From positions 291,640 to 355,639 of the forward strand of contig NMRA01000320.1 in the NCBI GenBank assembly GCA_002633005.1: 64,000 nt of DNA. The letters run 5' to 3'. The stretch is from Phoronis australis (lineage: Eukaryota > Animalia > Phoronida). A program made the translations under genes and the position numbers. This document shows positions 52,970 through 64,000 of this stretch, one piece after another; the first letter of the stretch is position 1, and each line of letters begins with the position of its first letter. The notes beneath the pieces are model-generated. The model saw only the letters and a program-made list of their open reading frames with translations, did not search any database and had not been told where the DNA came from.

Positions 52970-55187
52970 GTTGAACTGGAGTGCTTAAGCTGGCTGTTTA
53001 ATATTATACCGTATTTATATGCTCTGACAACAACCAGTCGTTCTTGAACTATCCAATCATATGATAGTCATGCGAGAGGTGTTCTTGTGAAAGCAAGTAA
53101 TTAATTTCTTTGACGAATCGGCAATGGGATTAGACTGTATTGCAATTTGCCTGTTTTCAGACAAACCTTTTTAATCATCGTTTGACTGCTCATTATCAGT
53201 TCGCGCTGCAGTATCTGCAAAAGGAATTTACTTGTCTCAAATGGCTTGACACCCTCAGGCGACTTCTGAGGTTCACGGCTATTTGTAGTGAATGAAAAAT
53301 GGTAAAGTTTTCACATTAAAGTAAAATGTAAATACAGGCAAAGTCGGGTATATCGGAAATACATGAATTATGATAAGCTGCTTGTATTGGATAAGGCATA
53401 ATCAAAGCACGCGCGAATACATTAATAAGTGTATGTAAAATGTATCATCCGCAACAAGGATGACAGGTTACAATGAAACACACCGTCGTCACCGTAGTAG
53501 ATCTCAATAGTTTGTCCTACCTATGAAGTCTGCGAAAATAACATGAAAATATCTCAAATAGTTGCATGTGTTGGGAAGTAGACTTAACACGCCAGTCCAA
53601 GCAGTCCCTCGATTATGTGATTCCATATTATCTTACCACTCGTTCAAAGTCCTTACGCCCTTCTTACATTTCTCCGTAAGAACTTTAATGTACCACACAC
53701 ATTGTATGTAGCACTGACTGCTAATCGCACAACTGGGCCGACATTATATATTAACTTGAAAAAATGATCCTCAGGCCCAGTCTGGGCCAGTGACTAAATG
53801 AAAAAATAAAAAGCAGTGACCTACACCATTTTACAACTGGACGTTCCCGCTATGTCGCTGGCTAAGATACGAAAATTGAATTGTGACAAAAACATTTCTT
53901 AGTGGTAACGCTTCCAACAGGAACCTCGAAATCTTGAGTGGCGATCTTGTTTCAGAGTGAATCCTAACATATCGAATTCGAAAATGTTTGTACATTACTC
54001 AAACCTCTGTGAAATAGGAATACGCGGGATTAAACCAAGCAATTTTATATTAGTTTTTAGCCAGCTAAAGAGGTTATGCAGATTGGAAATCTCAGTCACC
54101 GCCATCCAGTTTTTAACTCTTGCTATTTTGATGATAGCCCCTGGCTCTTTGTATGAAAAGTGCTATAAAGATAAGATAAACTTTATTATGCTTCTTTCAA
54201 AAGAATAAATGAAGTGTTAGGAAGGAATTTTACATACAGATAGTTTGATGCCTGCATTAAGCGCAGAGTCATGATAGGTAGGGTATAAGTATCTAATTTG
54301 ACTGTTTTGTTTTGTTTTGTTTTGTTTTGATGTCTTCGTTACTTGCAAATCGTCATCTAAATGGTATGTGTTGTCAATAAAATCCGACAAAGACGATTTT
54401 GGATGACCAATTCATAATTTATTAGTACAACCTATGTTGTATCAAGGGACTGCGCTCAACGAAGTTAAAATCAGTTATAAACAGTTCTGTTGTTATCAAT
54501 CTCAGTATTTTTCGCTTTGCGCTGGTCTTAGAAGTACATTGTGCTGCATGGGATGATCAAGTTATTAGAAAGAGTTATTGGTCGAATACATTACGAAAAA
54601 TGTTGGAAAGGGTGTTGAGTGGAACCACGCAAAGGAAAATTGGAATTCAGTTGATATGAAAAGTAATGGTAATCAAACTGCCCAAATTATTTTACGGTGA
54701 TACTTGCATTCTACAAACTTTGCCTGGCGCAGTTTTGAGCGCAATTATGTCTTTCACAAGACTCCGATGGCACTCTAAAGTACAAGCAACGCTGTGCAAT
54801 ATCTTACAAGGGATGCCGACAAAGTTTCCAGCGCCTTTAATTGATTATCATTTACCAAAAATTCTGCCAACTTCAGTGAAGAGTTGCTTTGCGGGCAACG
54901 CCTTTAATGGCTTGGAAATTTCTTTTGTCAGTGGATCGGCACGACATAACAACGCTGTGTCAAAGGAAGATCAATAGGCTTTAGCACCCAAATTAAACTG
55001 CGCTCCCAATTTCACACCGGATCTTGTTTGCCACGTGGTACATTCCCTGTCTGTTCTGCGACTGGGTAATTGAAGTTAAGGGAGTAGCCCAATTAAAAAG
55101 TCTGGTGACTGTCAGAGCATGTAATATTCGTATTCAAGTTTACACAGTCTGGATAAGCCATGTCTTGACTGACTATGAGAGCAAAAA

Positions 55188-55650
55188 CTTCCAAAATCTA
55201 CAATATAAGAGCACAACCGTGAAATTTGGCACACAACATATTCATAGTGTTTAATGAAAATCTAGACGACAAAAACAATTGTCTTAAAACTTGACCAACT
55301 ATGAGAGGCAAAAAACTAGCATAAGTCAGGCCAAACATGAAATTCTTGCCCATTCTTACGCAAAGTCAAAGCAAAATCGCTTCCAAAATCTACAATATTA
55401 AGAGCACAACCATGAAATTTGGCACACAACATATTCATAGTGTCTAATGAAAATCTAGAAGACAAAAACAATTGTCTTTAAACTTGGCTGACTGTGCGAG
55501 CCAAAAAGCTAGCATAACTCAGGCCAAACATGAAATTCTCGCCAATTCTTACGCAAAATCGAAACAAAATCGCTTCCAAAATCTATAATATTAAGAGCAC
55601 AACCATGAAATTTGGCACACAACATATTCATAATGTCTAATGAAAATCAT
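55188..55650. repeat. ~193-bp tandem repeat (about 2.4 copies)
   Basis: cttccaaaatcta...aagagcacaacc.tgaaatttggcacacaacatattcat occurs at ~55188, ~55380 and ~55573. Confidence 0.9.
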
Positions 55651-58025
55651 GAATACAAATGTCACTTCTTTCCGTAAAATACTGTAACAAGATTTTAACA
55701 CTCAAAAATGTATTGCTGAAAACCCCCTAGCATGTAGTAGACTGGAGATGAACAGATATCAGAGGACAGGTTATTCCCGGTATTCAGTCAGAGCCACGAG
55801 TCGGTGGGTATAAAGAATGACAAATGTAAATTACATTACATACTTTGTTGACTAATTTTGCCGGGATTTCGCTAGTTGTCAAGAATCGTAGCTCAAGAAT
55901 CTCGCTTGATGAATTAAAATGTCAAAATGAAAATTAAGTGATGAAATTAGGCTTGATTTGATAACTACACTTAATCAAAACTCAGTCGAGCTGACGGTCG
56001 GAAATTCTCAGTGCAAACTCTCGTGGCTAGTCTCAGGGTCACAAGCTCTAATAATAGAATACATTGATCACGTGCGGGAGTTGGCATTTCAGGTCTAGGG
56101 TTACATGCTATTTCTAACAAAAGCCTTGCTGTCAAATCTTAAATTGCTGATTGTGACTTGCAAAATACTAATACCCAGTTATCATGGCAACAGTGCACAA
56201 TTCAGCTCGGCAACCCACTAAGTTTCAAAAAATGGTCAATATAAGTAATTAAAACATGGCATCCTGATTTTGCCATCAAACCTAGAATTTCTGATTTTAG
56301 TCGGTTGACAATCAGTGTATGCAAACTTGATCTTGGGACTTTTACGTCACTTCCCTTTTGTTGCTTAGTAAATGAGAGTCAGGCAAACAATAATTTAGGC
56401 TGAAAATGTGTCTATATATCCAGACTGAAAATGTGCCTATAATAAACAATGTGGTTTTCATTCTTAGTTAGTAAGTATTATTTTACAATTAGATACTTGT
56501 AAGTATAAGTGTTTATGGTCCAAGCGATCGAAGAAAACAAAATATACAAATATCCAAAGTGAAGGGATGTGTGTGCAATTTTTAAAAACAGGTGAAATGA
56601 TCTGCACCATTATGCATCCTTACTCACTTGAAACGTATTCAGCATTTTACTACATCTGTCTTATTTCACAAAAGTGTTCAGAGATCCCGATGTGAAAGTG
56701 CGCTATTGGTCCACAGACATTCCTCATTCGTTCTAAAGTAAGTCAACACAAAGAAAATGACAATAGCGCCACCAATAGGTACAGTTCGATAAAATGGCAA
56801 AGGTGCCTGAACACGCATCTGACCATTTTCAGTGCCGTAAAACATCCATGTGGTCTTAATGGCGTAATGGCACGAAATTTGCGACACTGCTTTGTCACAG
56901 GGGGCAGCGATAGGCATTTGTGACGTACGTTTTCCAGAAATGGCTCGTAATTTATTTTTCATATCTCCTCTATTTTTTTACTTCTTGGCCTTGTCATCAG
57001 GCCGTCTTCGGCGACGGGGACTTGCTTTGGCTGTAAATCTCTATTACCGTTTTCATCACGCTTTTCGTCTCATCACAGATCTGCCCTGAAATAGAAAATT
57101 TCCCATGTTTCTTGTGATAATCAGTTATTTCATTTTTAAAAATTGTCAGGGTGGTAATCACAAAATTAAATTCACTGGCCTTGAAATATCAGTCGGCCTA
57201 GTGTTCTTAACCGTTTAAAAACGATTGGATTGTTAAAAAAACTTCTTTCAACAGATAGCTATTTTAGATGTATTGGGCTAGCCAGATAGCAATACTTTAC
57301 CGACAAAAGAAAAAATCACTAATATAAATCGGTAAATAAAACAACAAGAATGGATCAACTGAAATTTGAAATTTCGTGAAACAATAGTATCATTGGGAGG
57401 ATCTGGATCGCCTTATTTAGTTTCAGATACATTTTCTACATTATTAAAATCACTCAAACGTGGGCACGTCTAAGGGCACGTGAAGCAGCCTTTCGTGTCA
57501 TATTGCATTAAACTTTGAAACTTACCCTCACAAAATCAGTCTCAATCGTTTTCTTAACATGTTTGAACTTCATTTACGCTATCTCAATGGACATTCATAG
57601 TATTAAACAGTGCTTGAAAATGGTAGGGTTAGCGTGCCTTTCCAAAACGTCAACCCTCTCATGCAATAGAATGCTACTCATTGCCTATCATATGTGTCAA
57701 TGCACTCACGGGGTGCCATTGCTCAAAAACAGCGAAGCCGACTTTTTTGACTGTTTGGAATTACAAAGCTTCTAGGTATGACACAAACGAATGTAAGTCC
57801 ACTGTAGAATATGTATATGGAGTCAGGAAAAAGCAATTTGTCGTATTATCTGTAAAGCCTTTCAGTTGCTTGTACGTATAGTATTTTTATTGCCTATGGG
57901 ACACACGTCCGAACTGCACATGGGGCATATTTAATTGTCTATGGCATTACCTATTAAGTATATCAAACAAATGAGAATATCAAGTTTGACTTGGACACAC
58001 GCTGGGCGAGAACATGCACACTTAC

Positions 58026-61000
58026 CAGCACAATAATCACACGACAGAGCTTTTGAACCATCCTCTCTTCGGACAATTTCTTTGCACTCCGTTTCTATCT
58101 GATGTCCACATTCCAGAGAACACGTTAGCGAACGTCTGCACGTGAGTTGGCATCTAAGTGCGCAAGTGTTTCGGCATGGGTGAGAGCAAACTTTGCATGG
58201 AAAGGTACACACTCCGAAGTCTAGTTGCTGATAACAGTAAACTACACTTTTGTGACCGCATCTGGGATTAACCCTTTCTACTTTCACTTCACAGCGTTTC
58301 GCACATATTTCGTGACAATAATTTGGACATTTATGGCCACAAGCCAAGACTGTGTCACATGGATTCTCACACTTGATATCTGACGATTTCCTTGAACATT
58401 CTACTAACACTGTATGACCACATGGGTGAATTGTTTTGGAAACAAACTCCATGCATTTTCCGCAATCTTCGTAACACCGCAGGGGGCATTTGTGCCCGCA
58501 GGGTCTCTCTCTAGAACAGGGATGGTTACATTTCACAGCGGCTGGGTCCTCATGGCACATCGCGTATTGCATGTGTCCACACAAAGGAACTTTCTTTTCT
58601 ACCAACGTCTTGCATTTAAAACTGCCCGGTGCTTGGTAACAAGGCAACTGATGAGCGTGGTTGCAGTTCACCATGGGCTTGGTCACTAAAACGAGACATT
58701 TGCCAGAACATTCCGAGCACAGTTTCGAACATGGATGTCCTTCACTGCATGTATGCTTGCATTTTTCCTTACATTCGAAGGAATTGGAATCCTGAAAGCA
58801 CTCCATCTTCTGGACATGCCCACATTTTTCGATTACCTTATCAACCAAAACTAGACATGGACCACAATCATCTTTACATAACTGTTTACATTCATGCCCA
58901 TTTGCACACTTTTTCTCGCACTTCGACTCACAATATTTTCTCATTGGCTCCAACGAGCATGGCCACCTGACCAAATGCCCGCACTCTGGTACCGTCTTCT
59001 CCACGACCACTTTACACGAATAACATTTCTTTCCTGTATGGCAAAGGTCTGGACATTTGTGACCTTGGCCGCAATTTACCATATCGCATATTGCCTGGCA
59101 ACTCGAAAATTGGCTAGGTGACTGGTGACAATACATTTCTTGAAGATGTCCACATTTCTCTATCAATTTTGTCATTTTCACATCACATAAACATTTTTCA
59201 AAGCAGTACCTCTGACATTTGTGTCCATTCCCACACTGTTTTGCACACGGTTCCTTACACTCGAACGTAAGGTGTTCTGGATCGTATGAGTGACAGTGAC
59301 GTTTACAAACATGCCCGCACTTGAGCGTGGCATCACATAATCTGCTGCAGCCCCCGTCAGGGGACTTTTCAAAGTCTTCGGCTTTTCTTGCTTCAATCAC
59401 ATCATCTGGATGTTTCTGACAGCACAGCTTTAAGTGCGAGCCGAAGTTATTCTCTGCCTTCACTTTAGAAACTAGTTTTTGCCACAATCTTGTCGTAGAA
59501 GATAGATCGCTGAAATTCCCGATTACGTACAATCCCATTTTAGCCCGTGAAAAAGCAACAGTTATGCGATTCTGAATTTTGAGAAAACCAATGTTGCCCT
59601 GGTTATTACTTCGTACTAAAGACAGTAGAATTATGTCATTTTCCTCACCTTGAAAATTATCAACTGTTGTTGTACGAACTTTATCATATTCTAGACCTTC
59701 CTTTGACATCTTTGACATCACGTCCTTGATTTTCAAGACTTGCCCAGTGTACATGGTTAAAATTGTTATTTGACTGCCAACATACCCTTGTTTAAGAAAG
59801 TATCTGCACAGAGCTGTGATGTAATCAGCCTCATGTTGATTTGATTTACTGCTTAACTCCTCATCATTGTTTTCCATCTCATTGTGGTCAATGAAGTAAA
59901 GGTTATGTAAGACACCTTTGACGTTTTCATATTTGTTCACAATGTCATGGTTCTGGAGTTCTGGGTAAATGGGTTCCATCAGTGCAGCAATTTCTGGACG
60001 CATGCGATGCTGTAACTGAAGACTGTTAAATGTTATGCCGTTATTTATCATTCTTTCGAATAATGAAATCTCCAGATTGTATCTTTTCGCCAGCTCGTGC
60101 ACGTTCGGATTTGGTCGCAACTGCTTATGATCACCAATTAGAATAAGGTGCTGACAACCTTCACTCAGCGTTGTAATAAGATGTGCTTCGAGGACTTCAG
60201 CTGCTTCTTCCACTATGACAATCTTTGGCTTGATTTGTTCAAGTGCTGCTCTGTATTGTGCTGCACAAGATGTTGTCATACCCAATATAGACGCCTTGCT
60301 CATTGTTAGCGTGTCTCTAAGAATGCGTAGCTTTTTTCTTCTGTTACAAGTGTCGTTGTATTCAGCTTTTAACTCATTGATTCGCATTTGCGAGTGTTGA
60401 ATAAATTCATTTCTCCAGAAACGGTAGATATTCCATCTTTTAGCATCTGATAATTCCCACAGTTGTCTATGTTTTTCTGCTTCCGGCTTGTTCATCGAAG
60501 TTGGCACGTGCATTTGGTCTTCCATCCGTGTTAGACATTTCTCCTTTCTCCTCACAGTTTTCCATACATCATTAGAATACGTGACCGCGTTTTGAAAATG
60601 AAGACCTTTGTGTTCGAAAGATCTTGTCCCTCTCCAAGTTGTTTCTCTATGTTCCTGTTGTTTTCGGTGTCCAGCAGGTTCAACTTCAAAGACAACTCCC
60701 ATGTCTTCATCCAGCTGCGTTGTTCTGTTTCTCGGTTTCTGCACGCACGGACACATTGACTGGAGGTCTAACCAATGTAGAATTTCAGAATGCTGTCCAC
60801 AACTATTACTGTAAGCCCATTTGTCAGTTACATCGCCAAGGTATCTTTCGTGTAATATACCTGTATCCAATCCTTTCACTTTTGCATACATTTCATGACG
60901 AAATGCTTCGCAAGGTTGGGGTTCTAAAATCGTTTCCGGTTCAACCGAATACTGGCGGAACTTGTCTCTCCAGTGCCGATACAAACACCATCTTTGACTC

Positions 61001-63341
61001 ATGTTCAGTTGGTAGATATTCTTTGACTCAAGATGAGCCGCTTCTTCGGATGATGTTTGTTCTAACCGGTTTGAGACCATTTCATTTAGAACTTCACGGT
61101 TGTTCTGAAAACATTCCTGGGTGGGCAGATAGGCGAAGTAGTGAGAAACATTTTCTTCGTATATTGCTTCCGTATTTGGTCGGTTGTTCAATGTGTGCCG
61201 AGGCTCCAAATTCAGCCAGTGTAGCATGAACGAACCTCTACCTTTGTAACTTTTTACAATTTCTTTCAACTCTTCATCAAAATCAACCAAATACATTTCA
61301 TGGACAATTCCATTTCTGAGTGCTTCTATTCGGGCATTTGCTTCATCCATGCCAACTTTAAAGTTCCGCGATTGATAAAAATTATGTAGAGACACCAAGC
61401 AATCCGAGTATTCTTGCCTCCATAATCTATAGTGCATCCATCGATCATCTCCATTTAAATCCCAGAGATGTTGACCTGGAATCCTAATCGCATATTCCGT
61501 CTTTTCAACCTCTGCCCAGGCGTCACCATCATTTTTGGAATCTAGTTTTAACGCTAGAATTCCATCCGCAGCTTCTTTGAAATGTTGAGGTATCTCAATG
61601 TCTTCACAAACCATTCCCAAGTGAAGCCACGGACGCAAAACGTCGCACAAATCAAGGTTCTGTTTCACCGCTCCCTTTTCAAAGCAAACTCTCTGCTCTT
61701 CGGTCATGAAAGGGGACAGTTTGCTGTAAGATATGACGTTTCTTTTAGCGTTCTCAATGTCACTCTTAGTTGTTTGGATGGTGTGGCGGAGAAAACTAAT
61801 GTGATCCTCGTTCTGTTGATATAAATAGTTTTGTATAGGCTTCTCTCTTTGATTTCTGAGAACGTACTTTTCCAACTCCTTACTCTTACTTCTGCCGCCA
61901 ACACGAATGATTCCTTTCCCAAGGAAGTTGTCAATACCCTCCAAAAACTGATCTAAAGCATGATTTGTGTAACAGACAACTAATATTGGTCCATCATTGA
62001 TTCTGTTCTTTAAAAGAACTTGAACAATTTTGAGACCAACATATGTTTTCCCAGTTCCTGGTGGGCCTTGAATGATTGCAAACTCTTTGGTCAAAGCTGT
62101 CATGATTGCTTCCAGCTGAGAATTGTCTAAATTTAAAGCTGATAGAACTGGCCATTTGTCCTTGACGAGAAGTGGGATTTGTTCAATATCCAAAACTCTT
62201 CTTCCTTCTTTTTTCAGTGCTGACAGATTGTATGTTGCTATTCCACAGTTTTGCAGGTACGACGGACCACTGACCTCAGTGTAGCATTCAATGATATAGT
62301 TACAAAAGGGAAATTTACCCTCAGCCATTCTCTGTAGAGCTTCTAAGACGGGCCTGTGTGCTTCAAAATAAGCCTTTGTTTCAACCATGACGTATTGTTT
62401 TTGTGAAATCACTTCCGTGTCAACATCGGTCAGAAATGCAATCTTGACTTCACCGTCTTTAAGGTCGGAGATTTCTCTTTCGGAAACAGTAGCAAGCAAA
62501 CATGTGTTGAAGTCATCGTCAGATAAGCATACTAAAGAACCGAATATCAAACGTGATGATGATTGCCAGTTGACACCAGACATACGCAAAACATCAAACC
62601 GAATGCTGTGGATAATTCCGTCTTTTCCACAACCATCATGGATTACACGGACCCTGTTGTATACACGACCATCTTGCAAGCGACCCACGTGCTTATTAAA
62701 TTGTTTTTGTCTTCTATAATCCGCAACAGCATTGCGTAGTGGTCTAACACAGTCTTCACGCAATAGTCGAAATTGTATGTGAAGGTAAGCTGCAGCATCT
62801 GAATAAGCTCCTTTGTATCTAATAGGAGACAAGAGTGGTATATCCCCGTGAATGTCGTCAGGTGAGGGAAATATGGAAGCTTCCCTAATGTTGGCTAGTG
62901 GCAGATTTGGTTTCTCGCGTATCGCATTTTGAGTGACACTCTTTTGATGGAAAAGCGCCTCTGTTTCGCTATTCATTAACGTCAGAAGCTGTTCACTACG
63001 ACGATTTTGGCTGTTCATGGCAGTAACCTTTTTGAGCTCATCGCAAACGTACATCATGCTTGATATAATAGAAGCCACATTGATATATGAGTGCGGCAAT
63101 TTAGTCAACATCACTCGAAGGAGGCGCGCCAGATTAATCATCGTTTTTAAACTCCCTTCCTGGTCTGCGTATGACGCCATATTGTTTGGCACTTTCACAA
63201 TGTAGTTCCTGACATCAGTTAAGAGAAATGTTGACTGCTGAAGGTACCCAAGACATTGTGGAACTATCAGGGGCATCGATGAATTTGTAGACACTTTGGC
63301 AAGCAAGCAGAGTATGGGAGGAACCATGTCTGCAGGGCAAG
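58026..63341 (-). CDS. ZNFX1: ZNFX1-like paralog B, giant 5316-nt exon (helicase + expanded NF-X1 zinc-finger array)
   Basis: Open 1813-aa ORF with GPPGTGKT, VCYTNHALDQFL, VEEAAE, LIGDHKQL, TVDNFQGEE and RITVAFSRA, then a long CGH/CxxxC array. Acceptor ATTACAG|CT at 63342/63341; candidate donor GCT G|GTAAGT at 58026/58025 (the ORF otherwise stops at 57931). Confidence 0.92.
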
Positions 63342-63613
63342 CTGTAATATAATAGTATCTTTCACAATACATATTCGCACTACAATCAACGCCATTTCAC
63401 GTAAATTGCCCTCGTTGACACGACTGATTCACAAAAGGAGGCTTACGGTTGAATATCAGATTATTATCAAAATGCTATATCGAGCAGAATGTGCAAATAT
63501 GGAGCATCAACAAAATTTACGACCAATGCCTTGCTTTTCTCGGCTTAATTAAGTATGCCCACGTGACCTTTTGTGAAAAGGTACTCGGTTACTGCGACTA
63601 TGTTAACACTTAC

Positions 63614-63777
63614 GTGTATTATCAATTATCTGTCTCAATTTTGAGTCGGAAGAAAGTATCTCTAATAACACAGCACTTTCATCTTTTTCTTGCATCAACT
63701 TAAAGTATCTCATCTGCTCAGAGTTGTCCAATTGTCCACTATTTTGTCTGGAATTAAGACAGAGAGGATTATTGTAC
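63614..63777 (-). CDS. ZNFX1: ZNFX1-like paralog B, upstream coding exon
   Basis: Acceptor TTTCACTAG|G and donor ACA C|GTAAGT (phase 1, fits 63341). It encodes MRYFKLMQEKDESAVLLEILSSDSKLRQII, homologous to the 13823-14104 exon of paralog A. Confidence 0.8.
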
Positions 63778-64000
63778 CTAGTGAAACAAATGGATGTCAC
63801 CCATAATGTTAACACCATTTCTAAAAACTACTGGCCTCTTTACCAGTGCCGCTGTAGCCTTTAGGTGAGTTTCAGACACATATGGTGTTTTGTAATTGAC
63901 TACTGAACTAAATTTACAATTCTTGCCCATCTGAACAGCTAAGAGATACATGTATGTATTCCCAGCAAAATGTGAAGAATCAACAAGAAGGCGCCACACA

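Noticed and set aside
56678-57800. Terminal exons for ZNFX1-B
   Set aside because: Candidate acceptors give only short peptides with no ZNFX1 similarity, and I cannot choose between them without transcripts.

Overview
This is AT-rich eukaryotic DNA with GT-AG introns and a dense load of transposon debris. It looks like an invertebrate animal genome, but the species cannot be determined from the sequence. The window holds two co-oriented (minus-strand) paralogs of the RNA helicase ZNFX1 (NFX1-type zinc finger-containing protein 1). Paralog A can be assembled in full from four phase-compatible coding exons (17072-16799, 14104-13823, 10287-4828, 2483-2293; about 2068 aa), including the RING-like and RZ-finger C-terminus. 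Paralog B (exons 63777-63614 and 63341-58026; 5' end probably outside the window) has an apparently triplicated helicase-insertion module, a longer zinc-finger array and no visible RZ finger. The introns and the ~40 kb between the genes contain Penelope-like elements with hammerhead motifs (one with ~600-bp inverted arms), a tRNA-head plus hammerhead unit, L1/Tx1 and Gypsy remnants, foldback TIR elements, THAP-domain transposase genes, a decayed Ginger1-type transposon (integrase, Ulp1, PHD), an SGNH hydrolase pseudogene and several tandem repeats. There are three assembly gaps. All calls come from reading the sequence by eye; no searches were run.
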